A stretch of DNA of 64,000 bases, from positions 3,772 to 67,771 of the forward strand of contig JBDKLC010000006.1 in NCBI GenBank assembly GCA_039795775.1. Reading direction: 5' to 3'. The position numbers and the translations under genes were made by a program. Source of the DNA: Candidatus Parcubacteria bacterium. Lineage in GTDB: Bacteria; Patescibacteriota; Minisyncoccia; Phycocordibacterales; CAIZLB01. The notes below the pieces were generated by a model. That model worked only from the letters and a program-made list of their open reading frames with translations, did no database searches and had not been told where the DNA came from. How positions within the stretch are numbered: position 1 is the first letter of the stretch; every line of letters begins with the position of its first letter. Shown piece by piece: positions 20,901-25,234 of the stretch.

Positions 20901-22175
20901 CGCACTATCTATAGTAGCTGTCACAGCCGCGCCTCCTGATGTAGCATCGAAGAAAACGTTTGTTGTGGCATCAGGCAAGTTACCAGCTCCTGGCGCACCA
21001 CCCGATGTTGCTGCCCAGTGGTTTGCAGCATCAGACCAGTTTCCAGAGCCACCAACCCAATACGCATTTGCTGGTGGGTCAGTAATAAAATCGATATCTA
21101 CATTTCCAATAACTTTTAAATCAAATACGTCTGTCGATGTAGCAAGTCCAGAAAGATTGATTCGATACTTACCGTCCTGGTTAATAGTTGCAAATGTTCC
21201 GACGAGTGTTCCATCGAGTGTATACACTTCTATAGTTGCTGGTAGATTTGCATCCGTTGGTCGTGCATACAATGTTATGTCTCTTGTACTATCAAGTGGT
21301 TGTTCAAAAGTAACACGTACATACTGACCATCTAAAATACTTACATAATTTCCATCGCGCACTCCCACACCTGAGAAAATATCTTCAATACTATTTTTAT
21401 CTGCATCAAGTCGCAATGCATTCGAAATTAAAATAATCTGGAAAGTTTGTGTTGAAAGGTGTGGAACAATCCATGCGAGGTGATCAATATATCCATCACC
21501 ATCTTCATCAGTTGCGACAAACTGAATGTCTTCATTTCCATTGTTCTGCCATTTAATTTTTATCTGACTTTCTTGACCCACTTTAAAAATTTCTGGTATT
21601 TCTGTTTTTACAGGAACATCAGTCAAGTGTGCAATTAAGTCTTGTTCTGGTGTCGACGCAACAACCACAACTTTTCCGGCTGCATTATTTTCTTCTGTGA
21701 TGATTACTGATGATGTTGCAAAACTTGTTGTAGTGGTTGCACTTGTTGAAGTTGTTGAAGTTGACTCAAATGAACCGCCTGCAGTTACCCCATTAGAAAT
21801 AGGTGCAGATGAAGTAGACATTAAAAGTGCACTTTCTGTACTTGTTGAAATATCTTCTGCTGGAGTTGATGTAGAACTTGAAGAACTGTTTTCAGTAGGT
21901 GTCGATGTTGCTGTAGATGTAGAGATATCTCCAGTGTTTTCAGTTGTTGTAACTGGAGTGTCTGACACATCTGAAGTGTCAGAAGTGTCTTCTGCTGGAG
22001 TTGTCGGTTCAGGTACAGAAACAGTGTCAGTCGCTGGTGAAGAAACTTCAGGCACAGTTGCTTCTACGACAGGAGTTGGATCTTCTTCAGCAAATGCGGT
22101 AGAGAAAAAACCGCAAAATATAATTGCTGAGATTAAAAAAACAAATAACTTTTTGCGACGTGTCTGTGCGTGCAT
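5916..22175 (-). CDS. Giant 5419-aa surface protein/adhesin: signal peptide, S/T/E-rich linker, GLUG-like beta-solenoid with Gly-rich inserts, 15 FN3 repeats, Ig-like domain, C-terminal dockerin
   Basis: Single uninterrupted ORF; signal peptide ending STAFA; repeated YAGGLVG.N.G.I.NSYATG.V; PDAPT..GLTNGxxYTFTVTATN repeats; duplicated DLNGDCKVNSVDFSIML / DINRDGKVDSVDFSILL. Confidence 0.9.
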   Translation of the reverse strand: MHAQTRRKKLFVFLISAIIFCGFFSTAFAEEDPTPVVEATVPEVSSPATDTVSVPEPTTPAEDTSDTSDVSDTPVTTTENTGDISTSTATSTPTENSSSSSTSTPAEDISTSTESALLMSTSSAPISNGVTAGGSFESTSTTSTSATTTTSFATSSVIITEENNAAGKVVVVASTPEQDLIAHLTDVPVKTEIPEIFKVGQESQIKIKWQNNGNEDIQFVATDEDGDGYIDHLAWIVPHLSTQTFQIILISNALRLDADKNSIEDIFSGVGVRDGNYVSILDGQYVRVTFEQPLDSTRDITLYARPTDANLPATIEVYTLDGTLVGTFATINQDGKYRINLSGLATSTDVFDLKVIGNVDIDFITDPPANAYWVGGSGNWSDAANHWAATSGGAPGAGNLPDATTNVFFDATSGGAAVTATIDSARTIGSLTINGFTGTILQNANLTITNSGGQSGNYAQVSAATFTATDPGTNTLSVSGSFSITAGTFRRYTGIGISSDPFIVFDVYGLQGMKTNLSSSFKLNNNIDAATTSGWSSGVGFDPIGNVATPFAGIFDGNNFAINNLYISTTTSSYVGLFGYSTNLIKDVTLSGVSISATSTAGTVGTTGTNGSDGATPTSGTAGGAGTAGATLYLGGLVGYNTGTITNVSVAGTINGVGGSGGAGGNSGNGGNTTTGATTGGTGAAAANNAAATGGLAYVGGVVGYSQQGSITTATSSATVVGTGGAGGASGNAGNGGNGSVAGVGTGIGGAGGAAGGAGAGNIAYVGGIVGWIQAGTVSTSFSTGNVTARGGAGGNAGTAGNGGNAGTGVGGANIGGLGALGAAGGAAGTAYAGGLAGNNSGTILNGSYATGIVQAFGGTPGNGSAGSASGASAAASVAVAASSGTAAGGAGGAGAIAYAGGLVGQNGISGVITGASSTVYATGAVTATGSAGKNGTAGGAGGSAALTTSGTGGAGGAAGNGGAGGAAYAGGLVGLNSGIITSASSTTGLVTVTGGAGGTGGIGGAGGAKGSAGTSGAGGASGTGGSAAVVATYAGGLVGSNTGVIQNTSSTNAVTGQAGAGGTGGTGVAAQTGLAGLAGGTGGAAGILYIGGIAGNSTLSIINSSHTTGAITGTAGAGGAAGVGGAGGAWTGGTRGAAGAAVGGGIVYAGGVVGHNTGTSILNSYSTGDVTGTSGAGGAGASGGDGYSFTTGVAGVAGSVGSTGGISYVGGVVGFLNNGEISNSYSSGTITAYGGNGGAGGNGGNGGAGTSNTGGAGGAGAAGGTGGAAFGGGVAGNIVLGTVSASYNTGNIIVDAGNGGTAGNGGNGGVGGTNFAGGVGATAGAGGAGAVSTAGGVVGQSAGVIQASSYSTGNITSVAGIAQVGGIGGNGGASVGTFVGAGAVGGAGGAGGAGAIAYAAGIVGNNTNTIQNSYASGIISATASAGANGGAAGLGGSNATGGSSSTGAAGAAGGAGGAGAVGYAGGIAGLNTAIIINTYIESGAATVIGGNGGAGVNGGAGGTAGTGALGAIGGTGGAGGAGAIGYAGGIIAFNSAGTINNSHSFILASSTSGTSGVGGNGGAAGTGAVGGTGGIGVVGAASYAGGAVGINTGVINNSYATGNAIATGGAGSSNGSGGNGGASSFSAGGAGGAAGAAGTNVGGVAYAGGLIGFNSTNGIIQGASYASGNATSTGGAGANGLAGSSGGSSTGAFSGGTGVAGSAGVSGGVAAAGGLVGFNSGSVASDSYASGSVYANGGAGGNGGVGGNGGASGAGVVGVAGVGGGSGFTGGAAYAGGVIGNDTVLGTTISIPNTTGTVASLGGAGGNGATGGNGGNGGSTAGAIGGVGGAAGAGGNGGLAASGGILGFNAGVIHDVTYTITSITALGGVPGTGGTGGNAGASGNIAAGAGATGGAGGAGGIGGAAYIGGLAGDNSGVIVDSVVIGSLTAVGRNGGNGGVGGVGGNGSLGTGGHAGGIGGAGGAGSSGGAVYIGGLVGQGNGNIQKSSATGGTITVTVGGNGGVGATGGAGGVGGSGSGRNGVGGAGGTGGVVGPVYAGGAIGFSSLVSVLIDTVYSTNNVTVTSGNGGAGGAGVAGVNGAAGSTGGAGGGGGAVGLAVYAGGLEGYNSGAAQNIVNSYATGNITVNGGNGGTGQVGGAGAAAISAVVGGAGGNGGIGGAGGFAYGGGLVGFTNTLVAIASSTASGNVTVVAGNGGNAGNGGAGATGGAGQVGGAGGAGGGAGLGGASYTGGLVGLVTSGDIVNSFSSGTIQGTSGNGGNSGAGGAGGAGGSSVAGTAGTSGTIGAAGGVNFTGGLVGDNTSAILNSYHVGGSVTATSGNGGNGGAGGAGGASGSITNGTAAAGGTGAAGGVGGAVSVGGLVGRNGVTAVSASITNSYATTSVTAVGGNGGAGGVGGAGGDGSLGTNHIGGAGGAGGAGGAAAITLAASVQAGGLVGQNILGTITTSYAQTGTVTATGGNGGAAALGGTGGIGTGSAVYGVGGAGAAGGAGGAVYAGGLVGYTTGVIEAASFSKTSLIVTGGSGVNGSAGISAGANTGAAGSVPGAGGASGIIYAGGLAGYSTADVISSYASFDAGSGKGNITVTGGSAGNGGNAGNGGSGLAAGGVGGAGGLGTAGVGGASSGAFAGGLIGFSSGVITSSYADTLTISGTEQNGGNGGTGGNGGAGVGANNGGVGAVGGAGGAGGIRAFGGLVGDYLSTIGSIQGGSYSTVHISVTGGNGGNGGAGGTGGTSGSGQSSGTAAVAGVGGVGGAGAATYGGGLVGRITGTTQVMQINNSYATGNISVTSGTGGNGGAGGVGGNGSTGSSTHAGATGGLGGVAGVGGEADAGGLVGFSNLTTGSIDYISVYATGFASSTGGNGGTQGTGGNGGASASGAAGGAGGGAVLTPPAGGAAYAGGLIGIHRITTTPAQSDITGSYSTGLVSARGGVGATGNLGGNGGTGGTIGGAGGAGGASGIGGEADAGGLVGLTSVTTGFIHYVNNYSTTGSVTATGGASGNGGSAGTSTAGGAVAAAGGATGASGASAAGGAAYAGGLVGQANATASNNLQITTSYSTRAVNAVGGASGNGANGVIGGAGGTAAIGGVGGAGGASGAGGAAYAGGLIGTNGTAALAGGGIIESVSYATGNVTSTSGNVGTAGTGGAGGASTSGTVTTGAAGGTVGTTGAGGASYAGGLVGINAATGVILNSYATGSVTSLARNGGQGGTGGNGADASLSAGIGGPGATGGAAGAGGDSYAGGLIGYNVNALNTITTSYAVGTTVTGTSGNGGQGGTGGNGGAAGIASTGGAGGSAGAAGAAGTLYVGGLIGRNDGTVQLNSYSTSNVVGTAGTGGTGGTGGNGANGAVGSGGAGANGGLGGAATSGGAGGIGYGGGFIGRNETTRIVKDSYSTGSLTLSGGAGGNGGIAGNGGNGGNGVFAGNGGAGANAGASATGAAGGVKYGGGFTGYNLGTISTVYSVGAVSVTGATGGAGGNGGNGGNGGTGGATGAGGAGGNQGVTADAGNGGALHAGGLIGYNFTAGVVSNSWTAGTVTTVGGNGGAAGVRGTSGTGGNGGTLAGGAGGAAAGGSGGGTGGASIAGGLIGSNISTGSFSNSYASTTVTMTGGNGAAGGTGGKGGSGGVGGSGGSGNGGAGQPGLSGGTGGAGGAVTGGGLVGDNTGTITNAYALGNVTATAGSAGFGGAGGAGGNGGAAGGGIAGANGNGGNGTIGGAGASAFVGGLLGSHATSLVTNAYSAGVPTATKTSGAVGGAGGSAGTGGTGGSNGSTGATGSSGLLQYAGGIVGNPVSGTWASSYWDTTTSGKTDGAGNATTPTNTSGKTTTQMEAQATFTNWDFTTLPIWNIDEAVTYPYFNYQVAPDAPTNIVAVAGNGQATITFTPPANTGGGQILSYTVTSSPGGFTATSGGSPITITGLTNGTTYTFTVTATNANGTSISSATSNAVTPATIPDAPTIGTATGGNGQATITFTPPVSNGGSSILYYTVTSNTGGFTATGGSSPIVVTGLTNGQTYTFTVKATNAAGTSTASATTNSVTPATVPNAPTGVTAVAGNGQATITFTPPVDNGGASISYYTVTSNTGGFTATGGSSPIVVTGLTNGQVYTFTVTATNSAGTSTASSVSNSVTPATVPDAPTGATAVSGNGQATITFTPPVSNGGSAITYYTVSSNTGGFTASGNGSPRTITGLTNGQAYTFTVTATNGVGTSTASTASNSVTPATVPDAPTSITAVRGNGQATISFTAPVSNGGSSILYYTVTSNTGGLTTSGTSSPLIVTGLTNGQAYTFTVTATNAVGTSSASVASNSISPATVPDAPTIGVATAGNGEATVTFTPGASDGYSSVLYYTVSSNTGGFVVHSGASPVVVTGLTNGTTYNFTVTATNAVGTSSPSIASNSVMPVTTPGAPTGVSAVSGNGEATISFTAPVSNGGSAITYYTVTSNTGGFTATGGSSPITITGLTNGTTYTFTVTASNAYGTSTQSATSNSVTPATVAGAPTGVSAVRGNGEATISFTAPVSNGGAAITSYTVTSNIGGFTATGGSSPIVVTGLSNGTTYTFTVTANNAVGTSASSTASNSVTPATVPDAPTSVTAVRGNGEATITFNAPVSNGGSAITSYTVTSNVGGFTATGGSSPITITGLTNGTTYTFTVTATNSVGTSTPSATSNSVTPATVPDAPTSVTAVSGNGQATISFTAPVSNGGSAITYYTVTSNTGGFTATGGNSPITITGLSNGTTYTFTVTASNAVGTSTVSGTSNSVTPATVPDAPTSVSAVSGNGQATITFTPPVSNGGSTILYYTVNSNIGNFSVSGGNSPITITGLSNGTAYIFSVTATNAVGTSSASVASNSVTPATVPDAPTSVTAVSGNGQATISFTAPVSNGGSAITLYTISSNTGGFIATTTTSSAIVSGLSNGTTYTFTVTATNALGTSTASVASNSVTPATAPDAPTSVTAVSGNGQATITFTPPVSNGGSAITSYTVTSNTGGFTASGGSSPITVTGLTNGQAYTFTVTATNALGTSTASVVSNSVTPATVPDAPTNVAATIGDQSAGVTWSVPASNGSAIQYYTVTSNTGGFTATSSTNSIVMNGLTNGVTYTFTVTATNALGTSVSSGSSGGVTPATIPGAPTNLAATVQDSSIDLSWTAPISNGGSALTDYVIEYKLSSGGTWAVFNDGVGTTPATTVTSLSNDNSYDFRISAKNVIGTSTASSIVSATPGAPAQVLIQSFSSLVVPTISTNVRITNEGSIAYEYQYTWCVTDSSSNECGGGDDIFSSTAAKLIQPGANFDTTLNSTVPVAGNYYFHFKVLFGSDSSSANQSFTAVTTTPVTPPTGGTGGSGGGGGGGSSPAPVSIPIPTGMKCAITGADLNGDCKVNSVDFSIMLAFWKTSAPFKNQGVDINRDGKVDSVDFSILLYQWGKTPIAFKKQ
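5947..6108 (-). other. Dockerin-like domain (duplicated Ca-binding loop-helix) of the giant protein
   Basis: Two DxNxDxxVxxxDxxxL repeats at the extreme C-terminus. Confidence 0.85.
6545..10610 (-). repeat. 15 tandem fibronectin type III repeats (about 270 bp each)
   Basis: Counted 15 units beginning (T/A)xP(D/G/N)APT and containing GL(T/S)N..Y.F; copies differ mainly at third codon positions. Confidence 0.9.
10620..20640 (-). repeat. About 49 GLUG-like repeats, each with a Gly/Ala-rich (GGx)n insert
   Basis: About 49 GG[LIVAF][VIA]G cores counted by eye, roughly 64 aa apart. Bounded by typical caps (FDPIG..F.G.FDGN..I.NL.I and SYWD..TSG..KTT.QM..WDF..W.I..YP). Confidence 0.8.
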
Positions 22176-22342
22176 TTATATCCCTAATTATAACAGTAAA
22201 ATGCTTGTTATATATGGATAAAACAGCACAAATTTTATATATTTTGTGGATAAATCAGGATAATTTCTTGTTATTCCTTAAAAATGTCAGAGAATCCAAA
22301 AAAATGTGTGTAAAGTGTGAATAAAAAATTAAAATTACACTC

Positions 22343-22894
22343 TTAGGCAAGAAGGCGACCTTCAAAATACTTGTTTTCAATTTTACTTATTGCAGTACTA
22401 AAGTCTGTGGAAGATATAATTTCAAATGCTTTCTCTTCAAAAGGTTTAAAACTTACAGGGAGAATATTTATGAGTTTTTCGGAGATTAATTCTTCTTTTA
22501 AAATAGGACTTTTTATATGACCCAGTCTGAGTAAATACCACGTTGCGACAAACAATGAGCAAGGATATTTCTTTGCTCGTACATAGTCTGAAACTTGCTC
22601 TTTTAATTTGTCGTCTTTAATCAAAGAAAGAGTTTCATCGCATGAAGGAATAAGTTGTGATTCTCTTAAGATTAGATCTGCTTCAAAACCTTGTTCTTTA
22701 AGCCAACCAGTGAAAGTTGCATAATCAAAAGAAGGATCAGGAAAAGAATAATCATCAACCATTACCACTAAAGAAATTTTTTTTTGGTGTTCTTCTGTAA
22801 CGCTATTTAATATTTCAAGAGAAAACTTTTGTTCGTCGCCAATATGATTGTTGGTATAGATATGTGCGTACTCGATTGAGATGTCTTTGTTCAT
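22343..22894 (-). CDS. Hypothetical protein resembling a minimal SCO2522-like domain
   Basis: SIEYAHIY, VVMVDDYS and YPCSLFVATWYLLRLG resemble remembered SCO2522-family motifs. The ORF could start at 22915. Confidence 0.45.
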   Translation of the reverse strand: MNKDISIEYAHIYTNNHIGDEQKFSLEILNSVTEEHQKKISLVVMVDDYSFPDPSFDYATFTGWLKEQGFEADLILRESQLIPSCDETLSLIKDDKLKEQVSDYVRAKKYPCSLFVATWYLLRLGHIKSPILKEELISEKLINILPVSFKPFEEKAFEIISSTDFSTAISKIENKYFEGRLLA

Positions 22895-22917
22895 TGTTAA
22901 AATCTTAACATACAATA

Positions 22918-23619
22918 TTAATTGACTCGGTCTAGTTTATTTTTATTCTTTAATAAACTCAAATTGAAATAAAGGGATATCACCATGAACAAAACTAGCA
23001 CAAAGCCTAGTGATGGTTCTGGAGTCCAAGCTGTGCATATACTCAAAATAATAAGGACAATATTTAGTATAGAGATGAAACCAAAGTAAGATTTAAAATC
23101 TTTAATCCTTAGCATTTTTAAGTTATAAGAAGGTGTGTAACTCCGGTATCTAAAGAAAGTATGCAATGTAAACAAGAACAAGAGTACTATGAGCATAATT
23201 GATGCTGACATAAGTGGAATTGCTATTGAATCTGCCCAGTGTGCAAAAGCACCTCTCATTTGATCAACAATAATACTAGCAACGTACCAAAAGGTATATG
23301 TGCACGAGGCAATGACTCCCCAAAAAAACAGAATCATTTTTGAAGAGGGTGACTTTATCTCCTTTTTATGAACAACCATAATTAGCAATACAGATATCAG
23401 CAACAAAACTAATGAAAACTCTTGCATGGCATACTTCTCAGTTAAATAAGAATCTCTTAAATCCCAATATTTTCTAGAACCATCTTCTGATGAAAGTTGT
23501 AAATACTTCTCCTCAAATTCAGACTCGTTTGTATACGGCTTTAAAGTTAACGAGTAAAGAAAAGCAAAAGTACTCAATAACACCAGTGCAATTAATATTG
23601 TTTTTAAATATTTTTTCAT
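22918..23619 (-). CDS. Hypothetical multi-pass membrane protein
   Basis: About 6 hydrophobic segments; AT-rich. Confidence 0.7.
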   Translation of the reverse strand: MKKYLKTILIALVLLSTFAFLYSLTLKPYTNESEFEEKYLQLSSEDGSRKYWDLRDSYLTEKYAMQEFSLVLLLISVLLIMVVHKKEIKSPSSKMILFFWGVIASCTYTFWYVASIIVDQMRGAFAHWADSIAIPLMSASIMLIVLLFLFTLHTFFRYRSYTPSYNLKMLRIKDFKSYFGFISILNIVLIILSICTAWTPEPSLGFVLVLFMVISLYFNLSLLKNKNKLDRVN

Positions 23620-23712
23620 GATTCTTAATTTTAGTATACCTACTGGATTATAGTTAAGTCCTATACATCGTGCTGGCTCGAAACCGTGGACTTTGCCGGA
23701 ACCTATATGTCA

Positions 23713-24228
23713 CTACATCATCTCTTCAGTTTTTATTTTATTAATCAGAGGTACACGAGATAATTTTACTGAAAACTTATCTGATAGTTCAATATCATGC
23801 GTAGTATGATGAGGTCTCTTAGTTTCAATTACATTCTCCCCTTTTTCTGTAAGTGAATTTACGAGCTCTTCATAAGAAACCCCATTACCCAAAATTTCCA
23901 CATGATCAAATGAATTAATCTGACTGTTGTCAGGTTTTTGATCCGACAGTTCAAGAAACCAAAGAGTCCCACATGTTGTTTCAATTCCTTTCTTAAGTTT
24001 AATTACTGCTATTCGTCTATTAGAAATTATTGATTGATATATAAAATAACTTTCAGATTCTAGTAACTTTCTTATTGATTCAAAAGTTTCTGAGCTGCCA
24101 CACTTATAGCAAAAGTGATCAACTAGTACCGTTGACTCTAAAGAGTTTTTTTCAATAAAGGTATTGAATGTGGTAATAAGACTTGAAGATTGATTATAAA
24201 AATCTTGAATCGTTTTTATTTCTTGCAT
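23713..24228 (-). CDS. YecM-like VOC-family protein
   Basis: DHFCYKC, SIISNRRIAVIKL, LELSDQKP, FDHVEI, RPHH. Confidence 0.75.
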   Translation of the reverse strand: MQEIKTIQDFYNQSSSLITTFNTFIEKNSLESTVLVDHFCYKCGSSETFESIRKLLESESYFIYQSIISNRRIAVIKLKKGIETTCGTLWFLELSDQKPDNSQINSFDHVEILGNGVSYEELVNSLTEKGENVIETKRPHHTTHDIELSDKFSVKLSRVPLINKIKTEEMM

Positions 24229-24306
24229 AGTAGTAAGTATATCAGACCTTCATATAGGATATGGGGGGTATATTAGAACCATTTTATATTGTCTCTAGAT
24301 ATTCCC

Positions 24307-24687
24307 TTACTTTTTCAAGTTAGAAATAATTGCCCCAACAAGGGATACGAGTACACCAACCATAAATACAACACCTGCAAATATAGTTTGTGGAGTATTA
24401 AGATCCTGATTTAAAATTGGACCGTTAATAAAAACAACTAAAAATCCAATCCCGCATAAAATCATGCCTAAAAATACTACTGTTTTTGATGTCCATTTAC
24501 CTTTTTCAAAACTTTGAAAAAATAAACCTAAACCTAGTATTCCCATTCCTAAAGAAAACAACACTCCCGTAAGCATAATAAGCGGAGTCAGAGTATGTTT
24601 GTCACCTTTAGTTATTATAAAGTTTATAAAACCTAAGAGAAAGGATAATAAAATTAGTCTAACACCGTATATAGGTACATTTTTCAT
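24307..24687 (-). CDS. Hypothetical 4-TM membrane protein
   Basis: Four hydrophobic helices; start placed at MKNVP, downstream of a TATACT box. Confidence 0.7.
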   Translation of the reverse strand: MKNVPIYGVRLILLSFLLGFINFIITKGDKHTLTPLIMLTGVLFSLGMGILGLGLFFQSFEKGKWTSKTVVFLGMILCGIGFLVVFINGPILNQDLNTPQTIFAGVVFMVGVLVSLVGAIISNLKK

Positions 24688-24727
24688 ATTTAGTTTTAAA
24701 CAGTATATCAAACCTAAAACCTATTTG

Positions 24728-24870
24728 GGGAGACTAGGGCTCGGTCACAGGTCTCGCAGACATGCTGCTCGCCTGCGACCCAGCCTCCTTGCCGCGCTTC
24801 GCCGATGTTATTAAGTCCAAAGTATACATCGTGCCGGCTCACTGCGCGACTTCGTCCGGCTTTCTCGCCG
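24728..24870 (-). repeat. tRNA-associated structured element, Gln copy, ending in a 16-nt duplicate from the tRNA-Gln 3' region
   Basis: Minus strand AAAGCCGGA...GAGGCTGGGTCGCAGG...CCTGTGACC; 24728-24743 is identical to 24929-24944. Confidence 0.8.
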
Positions 24871-24883
24871 TCAGTCTTTCAGA

Positions 24884-24923
24884 GCAAAAATAAAAACCGC
24901 TAGGTTAGCGGTTTTTATTTTGC
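24884..24923 (-). terminator. Terminator-like hairpin after tRNA-Gln
   Basis: AAAATAAAAACCGCTA-GGT-TAGCGGTTTTTATTTT. Confidence 0.8.
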
Positions 24924-24997
24924 TGGCTGGGAGACTAGGGCTCGAACCTAGATTAATGGATCCAGAGACCATTGTCCTACCATTAGACGATCTCCCA
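24924..24997 (-). tRNA. tRNA-Gln(CUG)
   Basis: TGGGAGATCGTCTAATGGTAGGACAATGGTCT-CTG-GATCCATTAATCTAGGTTCGAGCCCTAGTCTCCCAGCCA; folds as a cloverleaf; CCA encoded. Confidence 0.95.
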
Positions 24998-25012
24998 ATG
25001 TTATTTTGTTGT

Positions 25013-25097
25013 CTGTACGGTCGTCGGATGCGGTTGTACAAGGGCTTGCTGGCTTAGTATTGAGGCCGTTCTTCCCTTTTCCACCGACGGATACAGT
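25013..25097 (-). ncRNA. Candidate structured leader/ncRNA upstream of tRNA-Gln
   Basis: Nested pairings CTGTA/TACAG, CGTCGG/CCGACG, AAGGG/CCCTT, GGC/GCC, starting just after a promoter. Confidence 0.45.
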
Positions 25098-25103
25098 GAG
25101 AAC

Positions 25104-25132
25104 AGAATACCGTTTTTTTGTCGAAAAATCAA
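25104..25132 (-). promoter_or_regulatory. Putative sigma70 promoter for the leader/tRNA-Gln unit
   Basis: TTGATT-N17-TATTCT on the minus strand. Confidence 0.55.
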
Positions 25133-25170
25133 CTTATGCATTCATCGTACTTACTGCTTCATTAAAAACT

Positions 25171-25206
25171 GAAAAAGGCGGCGCTCCGGAGGAGCGCCGC
25201 CTTTTC
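25171..25206 (-). terminator. Intrinsic terminator after ftsX
   Basis: AAAAAGGCGGCGCTCC-GGA-GGAGCGCCGCCTTTT. Confidence 0.85.
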
Positions 25207-25234
25207 CCTTTGTAAAAAATGTAACTTTTACTTC

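Noticed and set aside
6022-22221. Dozens of plus-strand Pro/Ala-rich ORFs and alternative-frame minus-strand ORFs (E/L/V/Q-rich)
   Set aside because: They are shadows of the Gly/Ala/Thr codon repeats of the giant gene (GGA/GGT read as CCx antisense) and have no independent start signals or motifs.
22343-24944. Classical integrase-bearing island or integron at tRNA-Gln
   Set aside because: No integrase is present, the duplicated tRNA segment is only 200 bp from the tRNA, and spacers lack convincing attC RYYYAAC/GTTRRRY ends.
25013-25097. SRP (4.5S) RNA or T-box identity for the hairpin upstream of tRNA-Gln
   Set aside because: It lacks the CAGG..GNRA..AGCAG helix-8 signature and the T-box UGGNACC motif; kept only as an unnamed candidate.
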